Shown: positions 27,175-36,820, counted from the stretch's first letter. The stretch is DNA of 37,821 bases from Thermodesulfovibrionales bacterium (GCA_044450345.1 JBIOIY010000029.1:1-37821), one strand, 5' to 3'. The notes: generated from the letters alone by a model not told the origin. Program-made: numbers and translations.

Positions 27175-28518
27175 ATGAAGAGGATACTATTACTCAGCAA
27201 AGATGCATCGCTCAGGAAAGAACTGTCGGCTCTCCTTCCCGCGGGCTACAGGCTCGCGACCGGGGATGTCGCAGGCGGCGGTCCGGTCTTTTTCGACATA
27301 GACACATTGAAGACGGACAGGATGAAGGAGCTTGGCGACCATCTTGTGATCGCCGTCACCAAACAGAAGAAGACCGAAACAGTGATGAAGGCGACTGCCT
27401 TCGGGGCCTATGAGACCATACTCCGCCCGCTGAAGGAGGAGGTTCTCCTCGCCCTCCTTCATGAACTGCAGGATCTGAGTGAAGAGATAAAGGACACCTT
27501 CCCCGTCACGAGTCTGCCGCCTACGCCGACATGCGTGATTGTCGGACATTCGCCGATAATCCTCGATGTCTGCAAAAAACTCGCACGGCTGTCGCAGGTG
27601 GACGCCCCCGTGCTCATTACGGGAGAGACGGGGACGGGGAAAGAACTCGTTGCCGAATCGGTAGCACAGCTTTCATCCCGGTTCGGGAAACCCTTCGTGG
27701 TGGTCAACTGCGCGGCGGTCCCGGAAAATCTCATCGAGTCAGAACTATTCGGATTCGAGAAGGGCTCTTTCACCGGTGCGGTCTCCGCAAAGGAAGGCAT
27801 GTTGAAGATAGCCGACGAGGGCTGTGTCTTCTTCGACGAGATAGGCGAGCTGCCCCTCCCCCTGCAGGGCAAGTTGCTCCGTTTCCTCCAGACCCAGACC
27901 TTCTATCCTATTGGCGGCACAAGGGAGGTTCACGTGAACGTCCGCGTTATTTCGGCTACAAACAGAGACCTCGCTTCCATGGTCAGGGAAGGAAAGTTCA
28001 GAGAGGACCTTTACCACAGGCTGCGTGTCACCTCGATCCATATCCCACCCCTTCGCGAGCGGAAAAAAGACATACCCCCTCTGGTCCACTTTTTCGTCCA
28101 CCGTTACAAACATACGGGGCCCAGGCCGATCAAGGGGATATCGAAGGAATTCCTGAAAAAACTCACCTCCCACGACTGGCCTGGAAATATCAGGGAACTC
28201 GAAAACACCATCCGCTCGGCGATAGTCCTTTGCAAAACACCGTACCTTACCACCCAGGAGCTAAGGGAACTGGGCAGTCATCCGCCCGGGGGAAGGTCGT
28301 CTTTGGCCGAATCCCTGGTCTCTGTATTGGTCCCTGTGGTAAAGGAGTTTGTGGAAAAGAGAGAGAGGAATATGTATGAAAAAATTCACGCGGAGGTGGA
28401 CAAAACCGTTATCGCTTACGTATTTTCTCTAGCCAGAGAGAACCAGTCCGAGGCGGCACGCATCCTCGGCATAAATCGCCTCACCCTCAGGAAAAAAATC
28501 GGCATCACCAAGGTGTGA
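27175..28518 (+). CDS. sigma-54-dependent enhancer-binding protein with degenerate receiver domain
   Basis: GETGTGKE, ESELFG, GSFTGA, FFDEIGE, WPGNIREL and C-terminal HTH (NQSEAARILGINR); alternative start 27151. Confidence 0.95.
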   Translation: MKRILLLSKDASLRKELSALLPAGYRLATGDVAGGGPVFFDIDTLKTDRMKELGDHLVIAVTKQKKTETVMKATAFGAYETILRPLKEEVLLALLHELQDLSEEIKDTFPVTSLPPTPTCVIVGHSPIILDVCKKLARLSQVDAPVLITGETGTGKELVAESVAQLSSRFGKPFVVVNCAAVPENLIESELFGFEKGSFTGAVSAKEGMLKIADEGCVFFDEIGELPLPLQGKLLRFLQTQTFYPIGGTREVHVNVRVISATNRDLASMVREGKFREDLYHRLRVTSIHIPPLRERKKDIPPLVHFFVHRYKHTGPRPIKGISKEFLKKLTSHDWPGNIRELENTIRSAIVLCKTPYLTTQELRELGSHPPGGRSSLAESLVSVLVPVVKEFVEKRERNMYEKIHAEVDKTVIAYVFSLARENQSEAARILGINRLTLRKKIGITKV

Positions 28519-28598
28519 GTGTACACGGGTAGCCTGGGATACTACTTAGTCCCAACCCGCCGACATCGCGCGTGACAGGCAACACTTTACAAATCAGT

Positions 28599-28961
28599 CT
28601 ACCTTGCGTCCTTGTTATTCTCCCAGAGACCAAAGGCGTTGTTTTCGGTGTCGAGACAGACCGCAAAATAACCCATGCCGGGCACAGGCATCTTGGAAAC
28701 GACCACCTTTCCCCCAAGACCCTGGACCTTTTTCGAAAACTCATCCACCGACGGCACATCGAAGTAATTAGTGATGCCCTGCTGTGGTTGCTGTCTCTTC
28801 ATCATTCCGCCGCCCACGGCATTTGGCTGCTCCATCATGAAAAGCCAGTAATCCATCCCCTCGATCTTTTCGATTTTCCATCCGAACAGTTCAGAGTAGA
28901 ACTTCCTTGCCCGCTCAATATCATCAGCGGGGAACTCCACATGAACGACCGTGTTTGCCAT
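28599..28961 (-). CDS. VOC/glyoxalase-family protein
   Basis: VVHVEFPADDIERARKFYSELFGW...DTENNAFGLWE; SD AGGAGG. Confidence 0.92.
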   Translation of the reverse strand: MANTVVHVEFPADDIERARKFYSELFGWKIEKIEGMDYWLFMMEQPNAVGGGMMKRQQPQQGITNYFDVPSVDEFSKKVQGLGGKVVVSKMPVPGMGYFAVCLDTENNAFGLWENNKDAR

Positions 28962-28984
28962 AATATCCTCCTTTTTTTGTGGTC

Positions 28985-30088
28985 CTACTTCGCGACCGCC
29001 TGCCTCTTGAAGAGAGTGAGATATTCGCCGTACCCCTCTTTTGCGAGGTCCTCCTTCGCAATAAACCTGAGCGAAGCAGAGTTCATGCAATACCTGAGTC
29101 CTGTCGGCTTCGGCCCGTCGTCGAAGACATGCCCGAGATGAGAATCCCCGTGCTTAGACCGCACCTCCGTCCTCTTCATGAAGAAAAGGTTCCTGTCCTC
29201 CTTTTCGACGATGTTGCCGGGTTCAAGAGGTCTTGTGAAGCTCGGCCAGCCTGTCCCAGAGTCGTATTTATCGAGGGAACTGTAAAGCGGCTCGCCGGAA
29301 ACGATGTCCACATATATCCCCTCGCGTTTATTCTCGGCGTATTCATTTCTGAAGGCCGGCTCAGTGCCGCTTTCCTGTGTGACTTTGTATTGCATCGCCG
29401 TAAGTCTCTTTTTCAGTTCATCCCTTGACGGTTTCATGAACGTCCTCCATTTCCCCCCCGCTACTTGCGGTACAGCCTCCTGTGAGACTTTCTTGTCTTC
29501 CCATACCTTTTTCAGGAACTGGTCGCGCCCGGAGTTATAGCGGTAAAACTTGTACCGTACCGGATTTTTTTTCCAGTAGTCCTGGTGATACTCTTCGGCT
29601 TTGTAAAACTTCCCTGCCGGCAGGACCTCTGTGACGATCGCCTTTGAAAACCGGCCGGACCTTGCCAGCGCCTCTTTTGACTTTTCCGCCATAACCTTCT
29701 GCTCCGGAGTATGGAAAAAAATAACAGACCGGTACTGCGAACCGCGGTCTACAAACTGCCCGCCCGGGTCCGTAGGGTCGACCTGCCGCCAAAAGACATC
29801 GAGAAGTTTTTCATAAGAGACCTTCGACGGGTCGAAGGTCACCTCTATCGCCTCGACATGTCCGGTCTTGCCGGAGGACACCTCCTCGTAAGCCGGATTG
29901 TCCTTATACCCTCCGGTATAGCCGGATATTACCTCTTTGACCCCGTCGAGCTTCTCGAACGGGGGCACCATGCACCAGAAACACCCTCCGGCAAAAGTCG
30001 CTTTCTCAAGTCTTGATTCTGCAGAAACCGAAAATGCCAGCATTGTAATCACCCCCATCATCGTGAATATCTTCATTATATTCGCCAT
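28985..30088 (-). CDS. msrAB: exported bifunctional methionine sulfoxide reductase MsrA-MsrB
   Basis: Signal peptide, [15 protein letters not shown] (MsrA); [20 protein letters not shown] (MsrB). Confidence 0.96.
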   Translation of the reverse strand: MANIMKIFTMMGVITMLAFSVSAESRLEKATFAGGCFWCMVPPFEKLDGVKEVISGYTGGYKDNPAYEEVSSGKTGHVEAIEVTFDPSKVSYEKLLDVFWRQVDPTDPGGQFVDRGSQYRSVIFFHTPEQKVMAEKSKEALARSGRFSKAIVTEVLPAGKFYKAEEYHQDYWKKNPVRYKFYRYNSGRDQFLKKVWEDKKVSQEAVPQVAGGKWRTFMKPSRDELKKRLTAMQYKVTQESGTEPAFRNEYAENKREGIYVDIVSGEPLYSSLDKYDSGTGWPSFTRPLEPGNIVEKEDRNLFFMKRTEVRSKHGDSHLGHVFDDGPKPTGLRYCMNSASLRFIAKEDLAKEGYGEYLTLFKRQAVAK

Positions 30089-30227
30089 TTTGCTATCTCC
30101 TTAAAAACAGCCTTCTATTATTAAATTACCCCGGAACCGTGAATAAGATGTGAAGATCAGCCGGTAAAGAAGGCGCGTATATGATAAAATTAATTCATTA
30201 TGAGGGATTGGTGGGATTGGAACTTAA

Positions 30228-31571
30228 ATGGCCATATCAAGAAAAGTAGCTGAGAGAATAGAGCAGAAGAAGGGCGACTACGAGGATTACAATTTCACGC
30301 CGCTCGAAAACGACGTGCTCAAGACATTCTTTGACCTTGCACAGGAGTTCGGGAGTATAGACGACTTCTATACCCTATGCGTAGCAGTCCCGAAAAGTTT
30401 TTTCGGCCTCGACGCGCGCCTCTATCTCTTTGATCCCAGGATCGAGGACATTACACTGGCGGCGACAACGGAAGAAAGCGAATATGAACTGCACGACCCG
30501 GCCCCGGACCATATAAGGCCGGCAGAGAACCCTTACTTCACCGACAGGAAGAGCCTTGTGCTGCCCATACGGGGGAAGAAACTCCTGATCAGCCAGTTGC
30601 CTTTCTACATGGAGGGCGATGTCCTCGGTCTGATCGAGGTGTACCCCGTCGAGAGCATGGACAGCCATAGACAGCTCTTCTTCGAGAAGTATGCCAACCG
30701 CATCGGCTTCAGACTGCACAACAAGTTCCTGGTAGAAAAGAACATCGAGCACCTTAGGTTTATCCGCTCCCTTGTCGCCGACATCGAGCATAATATTATT
30801 GTGCCGAATATGGTCTATAAGCTGTTCCTGAGACGTCTGAGGGGAAAGATCATAAAAAACGTCGAAATCGAGCACTTTCTTTCGTCATCTTATGCCGAGG
30901 GAAGATGCGACAAGGAATTGATGGAAAGCGCGTTGAGTGACCTGACTGATGTGAATCAGGGGTTGACCGGTGAGCTCGAAAACCTCGAAAAACATTATAA
31001 GAATATGTCTCTCTTTATCGAGACCCTTTTCAGAAAGAGCCATTTTGACCAGGGACGCCTTACCCTCCGGACGAAGGCGTGCAATATGAAAAAAGACGTT
31101 GTCCGGCCCCAGCTCGAACGCTATATCGAGCAGTTCGAGAAGGCCGGTATCTCCATAGACGACAGGATGAGCGGCATCCCCGATGAAGAGATTATCAATG
31201 TGGTGGACGTTGGTTTGATAGCGCAGGTTTACGCGAACCTTTTTTCGAACGCCCTCAAATATACCGGTGAAGTCGAGATACTCGGCGTTAAGAAAAAATA
31301 TATCGCTTACGGCCACCAGATCGTGAAAGATTATTTCGGCCCCGGAAAAGACGGCGTAAAGTATAATGTTTTCAGCTCCGGACCGGAAATCGATCAGAAA
31401 GAGCGGGGGAGGCTCTTTGAAGAAGGATACCGGTCGTCGAATGCGAGCGGCGTGCCCGGCACAGGACACGGTCTGGCCTTCGTCAAAAACGTTATTGAAT
31501 TGCACGGAGGAGTAGTCGGGTATGAGGCTGTAGATTACGGGAACAACTTCTTTTTCATCCTTCCCAAATAG
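30228..31571 (+). CDS. cytoplasmic histidine kinase (GAF-like N-terminus, HATPase_c)
   Basis: H-box DIEHNIIVP, N-box ANLFSNALKY, G2 GTGHGL; no TM segments. Confidence 0.88.
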   Translation: MAISRKVAERIEQKKGDYEDYNFTPLENDVLKTFFDLAQEFGSIDDFYTLCVAVPKSFFGLDARLYLFDPRIEDITLAATTEESEYELHDPAPDHIRPAENPYFTDRKSLVLPIRGKKLLISQLPFYMEGDVLGLIEVYPVESMDSHRQLFFEKYANRIGFRLHNKFLVEKNIEHLRFIRSLVADIEHNIIVPNMVYKLFLRRLRGKIIKNVEIEHFLSSSYAEGRCDKELMESALSDLTDVNQGLTGELENLEKHYKNMSLFIETLFRKSHFDQGRLTLRTKACNMKKDVVRPQLERYIEQFEKAGISIDDRMSGIPDEEIINVVDVGLIAQVYANLFSNALKYTGEVEILGVKKKYIAYGHQIVKDYFGPGKDGVKYNVFSSGPEIDQKERGRLFEEGYRSSNASGVPGTGHGLAFVKNVIELHGGVVGYEAVDYGNNFFFILPK

Positions 31572-31705
31572 TCGGGTTTTTTACGGCGGGTATGGGCCGA
31601 CGCAGTTGCATTTTTTTCTTATGGCATCCCTGCTTTTTTGGTAAGATTTATCTGACAGGACAGTTGTCCTGAACAATTTTTATTTATCCGGAAAAGGAGG
31701 CTGAA

Positions 31706-32131
31706 GTGGCAAAGATTACGAAAAAGGAATTAATCGTCTTATTGAACAAGGACCTGGGTCTTGAGTATACGGCGATGGTGCAGTATACGCAGCATCAGGG
31801 GACCCTGAAAGGCGCCATGTATCAGAGCATCCAGAAGGAGCTTATCATCCACGCGCAGGAGGAGCTCGCACATGCCACTATCCTGGCGGGACAGATCGAT
31901 TACCTCGGTGGGGTGCCCACCGTCAACATGCCGCCGGCGAAGATATCTAAAGATAGCGTGACGATGCTGAAGCAGGACCTTGCAGGTGAAAATGACGCGA
32001 TCGCCCGGTACATCCAGAGGATAAAACAGGCGGAGGAACTGAACCTCTATCATCTCGCCCAGCAGTTGAGAATTATTCTTGCCGTGGAGCAGGAACACGC
32101 GATGGATCTCGAACAGGCGCTGGGGAGGTAG
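31706..32131 (+). CDS. ferritin-like / bacterioferritin-family protein
   Basis: LEYTAMVQY, EELAHA, ENDAIARY, EQEHA di-iron ligand pattern; GTG start, SD AAGGAGG. Confidence 0.9.
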   Translation: MAKITKKELIVLLNKDLGLEYTAMVQYTQHQGTLKGAMYQSIQKELIIHAQEELAHATILAGQIDYLGGVPTVNMPPAKISKDSVTMLKQDLAGENDAIARYIQRIKQAEELNLYHLAQQLRIILAVEQEHAMDLEQALGR

Positions 32132-32408
32132 CCGGCGTCTTGAGACATTAATCAGACGGGGAGGGATATTCGGCGCCTTTATGATGGCCTGCTACCGTTT
32201 ATAAAACCCTTCGCAATTTCAAGGGAAACTAGACAGGGAAGGCTTTGAGTTCGCCAGTCCTTTCGTTTAAGAATCAGGTGAAATATAAACGGTGAAGGAG
32301 GTACGGGGGGAGGGCGTTTTTCCTTTTCTTGGATGGGTCAGGAACTCTAAATAACCCTACCCCGATTAACATAAAATTTTTGGGTTTTCGACCCTATAAC
32401 GACTATGC

Positions 32409-32696
32409 TCAAGGGAATGGGTCATTAATGATAGATAACCCCACTCGGTAATCATCATCTGATTTCTTACACCATTTGACCGCAGCAAAATGAAGATTGT
32501 TCTCCTTGTGCCTATCGACCCAATATAACATCTGATTTGGTTCGAGGGAGAATCTTGTCGATATCTCTATTTCGAACTCACCCAAACTCAGGACTTTGCC
32601 TTCTGCCTCTTCTCTCCTGAATGCAGACCCTTCCATGTACAAAACTGTGAAGGCTATGCCATAACCCGTCGATAAATCATGCCACACAGTCTTCAC
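32409..32696 (-). CDS. PilZ-like small beta-barrel protein, 5' end possibly frameshifted
   Basis: LEPNQML...VKWCKK...YRVGL is typical of PilZ-like C-termini; no good SD or start in frame. Confidence 0.55.
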   Translation of the reverse strand: MKTVWHDLSTGYGIAFTVLYMEGSAFRREEAEGKVLSLGEFEIEISTRFSLEPNQMLYWVDRHKENNLHFAAVKWCKKSDDDYRVGLSIINDPFP

Positions 32697-32786
32697 CCTC
32701 GGTGTTCTTTCTTTCGTGAGGAGTCCTTCTCATAGTCATCAGATTTCAGTTATAGGTAACAGTTATAAGAGGCAACTAATAGACAA

Positions 32787-32815
32787 AGTGTATGACTAAA
32801 TGAGAGGGGAGTCAA
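32787..32815 (-). promoter_or_regulatory. sigma70 promoter upstream of the PilZ-like ORF
   Basis: TTGACT-17 nt-TACACT. Confidence 0.65.
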
Positions 32816-33253
32816 GAACGCTATTATGCTGGTTTTCGAACCCTATCCCTCTATGTAATAGAACACTCGCCCGATTAATATGAAAATTGCACGTTTCCAG
32901 CCCTACTTGTGTTTTTCCCAGAATACCCTACCCCAATTACCATCATAATCTCGCTTTTCCCCATCCGGGAGTGATAGAATCCGTAGAGATGAAGCTTTTA
33001 TGATTCCTTGCTGAATTATTATGAAAATCGACGTTCTTTTGAATGATTTTGCTCACCCCCGCCAGCATGGAGTTGGCAGCGAACTGAAACAGATGGTGCA
33101 ACTACTGAGGATTTACAAAAGAAATTCACATCATTTCATCAGAGATAAAACGTCACCAACCATCAAATAAGTATACACAACGTGTCTGTCGGCTTTCCGA
33201 GGGAAGAAAAATGAGAGTTCCATCCTGCTATCGGCCTGCTCCGTAGAACAAGG

Positions 33254-34366
33254 TTATTTTCCTTTTAGTCTCCTGACAACCTTCCCCAGAAGAGGTTCTT
33301 TTGTACGCAGCGCGGCGTGAGGACATACCTCTATGCAGCAGTAGCAGCGTATGCACTTTTCATAATCTATCCGAATCCGGCTTCCGTCCCGCGATATCGC
33401 CTTGGCAGGGCAGTACTTCCAGCACTCCCCGCATAGTCTGCAGGAGGATACGTTCGGTATGGGCCGCTGCACGAGATGCCTCCGCATAAAGCCATGGAGT
33501 ATTTCGGGTCCGAAGACGAGAGGAGTAATATCAGGGAATTTGAAGTTGTCTATCTCCGGCATGTTGCCGACGACTTCTATGTCTTCGGGGACGAGGCCCA
33601 TGTCGCGGGCCGCTTTGATGGTGAAGACACTGTAAGGTTCGATCCCGAGCATTTTGCATATGGTAATATCCAGCGCATTTGCATCATTGCTCCCTGCGAT
33701 AATCCCGATGTCCCGCGGGGTGCCGCTCTTTCCGGGTCCCTCGCCTTCCATCGCGAGAACGCCGTCAAGGATGGTCACAGGCGGCCTGACGGCGTTATGA
33801 ATCTTAACCAGCAGAGAGGCAAACAGCTCCCTGTTTACCCCGGTCCTGAAGTGCCATTCGGGTTTCCTCAGGCCGACGATGCAGCCGAAAAGGTTCTTCA
33901 CTCCCAGCGTCATTAGCATCTGGGTGTGTGTCTTCAGTTTGGGCAGGTTGATGAGAAGGTCGGCATCCATCGCGTCTTTAGCAACCTCGATCTTTCTGAA
34001 GGGCCCGCCCACGTCGATCTCTACGGACTCCTTGAACTCTCTGAATTCGACGTCTAACCCCTTCAGTGCGTCCCTGAGACCGCTTTCATTCAGCACCCTC
34101 TCAAAGCTTCCCATGGCCTGGCTGTCCGATATCTGGACGCGTCCGCCTTTTTGGATGGCGTATTCGGCAACGGCCTTAACCATCAATGGGTGGGTAACCA
34201 TCGCCTTGTCGGGACTTGCCGGTGCGAGGAGGTTCGGCTTGATAACGACGCGGCTGCCCGGCCGGATCAGGTCGTTGCAGAAAATATCAGCGATCTCAAA
34301 GATAATGGGCTTAAGAGTCCGGTAATCATAAGAAGCCTGTCTGATAATGACTGTAGATTTGCGCAT
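33254..34366 (-). CDS. DUF362-domain protein with C-terminal 2x[4Fe-4S] ferredoxin
   Basis: IKPNL, THP, NLPKLKTH, GVKNLFG, MEGEGP and two CxxCxxCxxxCP motifs. Confidence 0.93.
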   Translation of the reverse strand: MRKSTVIIRQASYDYRTLKPIIFEIADIFCNDLIRPGSRVVIKPNLLAPASPDKAMVTHPLMVKAVAEYAIQKGGRVQISDSQAMGSFERVLNESGLRDALKGLDVEFREFKESVEIDVGGPFRKIEVAKDAMDADLLINLPKLKTHTQMLMTLGVKNLFGCIVGLRKPEWHFRTGVNRELFASLLVKIHNAVRPPVTILDGVLAMEGEGPGKSGTPRDIGIIAGSNDANALDITICKMLGIEPYSVFTIKAARDMGLVPEDIEVVGNMPEIDNFKFPDITPLVFGPEILHGFMRRHLVQRPIPNVSSCRLCGECWKYCPAKAISRDGSRIRIDYEKCIRCYCCIEVCPHAALRTKEPLLGKVVRRLKGK

Positions 34367-34562
34367 ATATCGGCTGGTAGTTTAGCTCATTCCTTCCGAA
34401 TAGGCCAAGAGAACGAATTGCATGGGGCCGGGCCGCGGGATGATGAAGGGCGTAAATATTCGGCCTCATAGCCCCCCCTTTTAAGGCAGGACATTTTGGC
34501 ATAAAATAGTATCATTGAAGCGAGTTCCAGATTTGATATACTAACGCACTGAAAGGGATGAA

Positions 34563-35222
34563 ATGCTAAAGAGTAACCCATCTTCGGGGTATCCTCCGGA
34601 GGAAGGCCGTTATATTCGCGGCAATGACTTTTCTCCTGTTGCTGTAGCTATTATTCTAAATGCCCCGGACTATAAAATACCCCACGAACTTCAGGAACTC
34701 GTTCAGGCCGGAATAGACGGCGGCGCCGCCCTTTCAGGAATGGTGCAGACTGAAAATATCGGCATAGAGAAAATAGTCTGCAATGTGGTGTCAAACCCGA
34801 ATATCCGCTATCTGGTTATAGGAGGACCGGAATCGGAAGGCCACCTGACAGGAGAAGCACTGAAAGCCTTTCTTCTTAACGGACTCGATGACCGCAGGCG
34901 TATTGTAGGGACCAAAGCCCCTGTCCCGCTATTATTGAACTTGCCCGTGGAATACATCGACCGTTTTCGGAAACAGCTCTCCATTATCGACCTCCAATAT
35001 CAGGGAGACCCGGGATTGCTGAAGAATGCCGTCCTGGCCTGCTGTCAGGAAAAAAATATCGGCCCCTACCCTGAACCGCCTCTAAGCGGCGCGATAACCT
35101 GGCGGATAACTCAACCCTGGACCGAACCCACTGATGAAAAAGAGAGAGAAGCCAGAAAGAGGGCCGAGGAACTGCAGAAACGATTACGGGAACGCAGCAA
35201 AAAGGGCGGTGAAATAATTTAG
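34563..35222 (+). CDS. mtrA: tetrahydromethanopterin S-methyltransferase subunit A (MtrA)-like corrinoid protein
   Basis: YPPEEGRY, TENIGIEKIVCNVVSNPNIRYL, SEGHLTG, RRIVG, IDRFRKQ. Confidence 0.88.
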   Translation: MLKSNPSSGYPPEEGRYIRGNDFSPVAVAIILNAPDYKIPHELQELVQAGIDGGAALSGMVQTENIGIEKIVCNVVSNPNIRYLVIGGPESEGHLTGEALKAFLLNGLDDRRRIVGTKAPVPLLLNLPVEYIDRFRKQLSIIDLQYQGDPGLLKNAVLACCQEKNIGPYPEPPLSGAITWRITQPWTEPTDEKEREARKRAEELQKRLRERSKKGGEII

Positions 35223-35305
35223 CGAACCAGCTTGAAGCTTTGAAGGGTAAATATGAAGGGAAAGCCTGTTAGGCAAACATCTCATTTTGTGATAATTATA
35301 TAAAT

Positions 35306-36262
35306 ATGAAAATGGAAAAGCGGGCGATTGGAAAATCAGGATTAAAAGTGCATCCACTTGCCTTTGGAGGCAACGTCTTCGGATGGACGGTGGATGAGGC
35401 GTTATCGTTCAGGCTCCTCGATGCCTTTACTGAAGCGGGATTCAATCTGATCGACACCGCTGATTCATACTCGAAGTGGGTCCCTGGAAACAGGGGCGGA
35501 GAATCAGAGACTATCATCGGGAAGTGGCTGAAACGAAGCGGCAAGCGGAAGAATGTGATCATAGCCACGAAGGTAGGAAGTGAGATGGGTCCGAACGACA
35601 AAGGGCTCTCGAAAACGTATATCCTGCGCGCTGTGGAAAGGTCATTGCAGCGATTGCAGACGGATCATATCGATCTGTATCAGTCCCACTTCGACGACCC
35701 GGACACGCCTTTAGAGGAGACCTTGGAGGCATATGCTCAATTGATTAAGCAGGGGAAGGTAACGGCGATAGGCGCTTCCAACTACACCTCGGAACGGCTT
35801 TCTCGGGCGCTGGAGATAAGCAAACAACCAGGATTTCCCGGATACCAGAGCCTCCAGACATTGTACAATCTCTATGACCGCGCAGACTATGAGACAAACA
35901 TGGAGCCGCTCTGCAAAAAGAGGAAGCTTGGTGTTCTTACGTACTTCTCATTGGCAAGCGGTTTTCTGACGGGAAAGTACAGGTCTGGAGACGACCTGGC
36001 GGGAAGGGCAAGGGGAGAGATGGTCAGGAAATATATGAACGCGAGGGGATTCCGGATCCTCAAAGCCCTGGATCAGGTTTCAAAGCAACTGAATTCAAAA
36101 CCGGTGAGTGTCGCCCTTGCCTGGTTGATTGCACACCCGGGCATTACCGCTCCTATTGCCAGTGCCACAAGCCTGGAGCAGTTGGACGATCTGATCAATG
36201 CGACACGGCTTGAGCTGGATCATTCTTCCGTTCAGCTGTTGAATCAATCGAGTGCTTATTAG
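35306..36262 (+). CDS. aldo/keto reductase
   Basis: GGNVFGW, IDTADSY, IATKVG, IDLYQSH, IGASN, SLASGFLTGKY. Confidence 0.95.
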   Translation: MKMEKRAIGKSGLKVHPLAFGGNVFGWTVDEALSFRLLDAFTEAGFNLIDTADSYSKWVPGNRGGESETIIGKWLKRSGKRKNVIIATKVGSEMGPNDKGLSKTYILRAVERSLQRLQTDHIDLYQSHFDDPDTPLEETLEAYAQLIKQGKVTAIGASNYTSERLSRALEISKQPGFPGYQSLQTLYNLYDRADYETNMEPLCKKRKLGVLTYFSLASGFLTGKYRSGDDLAGRARGEMVRKYMNARGFRILKALDQVSKQLNSKPVSVALAWLIAHPGITAPIASATSLEQLDDLINATRLELDHSSVQLLNQSSAY

Positions 36263-36307
36263 TGTTTGGGAACTGTATCAAAAAAGAGAGAAAGGGAGGA
36301 AGAATAC

Positions 36308-36820
36308 ATGGCAGGTCAGGATGGAAAAGAGATCGCGCAGGGAGTACGCGCGAAAATGGCCGAATTCAGGAAGTCTTGTGAGGGGCTTGACGAGGAGACC
36401 TCGTCCCGGGCTCCGGAGGGCCGATGGTCGCCAAAGCAGATCGTCTCTCACCTCTGCGGTCCGGAGGGGACGGGCCTTCTCCCTACGTTGAAGGCCTTCA
36501 TCGAACGGGACACGCCGGAAATAGATATAATGGCCGAAAACCCCCAGTGGTCGGAGAAGCGAAGCAGGATGAGCCTTGCCGAACTTCTTGCCGAATTCGA
36601 CCGGGAATATACCCGCATTGCAGCGTTTGTCGAAGGTCTTTCTGACGAGCAGCTTTCGCGGAAGGCCCATATTCCGATGCTCAAGGACTCGCCCCTCGGA
36701 GAGTATCCGACCCTGGCCCAGTGGGCGGGTGGACTTTCCGATTTCCACATCGGCTTTCATATCGATCACCTGCGCGAGATAGTCCAGGCCCTCGGTCTTC
36801 CGGGGAAGAAAACCGGCTGA
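36308..36820 (+). CDS. DinB/YfiT-family protein
   Basis: GRWSPKQIVSHL and HIGFH (HxxxH) pattern; SD GGGAGG. Confidence 0.85.
   Translation: MAGQDGKEIAQGVRAKMAEFRKSCEGLDEETSSRAPEGRWSPKQIVSHLCGPEGTGLLPTLKAFIERDTPEIDIMAENPQWSEKRSRMSLAELLAEFDREYTRIAAFVEGLSDEQLSRKAHIPMLKDSPLGEYPTLAQWAGGLSDFHIGFHIDHLREIVQALGLPGKKTG

Noticed and set aside
27531..28379. 282-aa alternative-frame ORF
   Set aside because: Lies inside the sigma-54 activator; Arg/Gly-rich composition typical of an off-frame read
32354..32943. Repeats as a CRISPR array
   Set aside because: Few, degenerate and irregularly spaced; no cas genes
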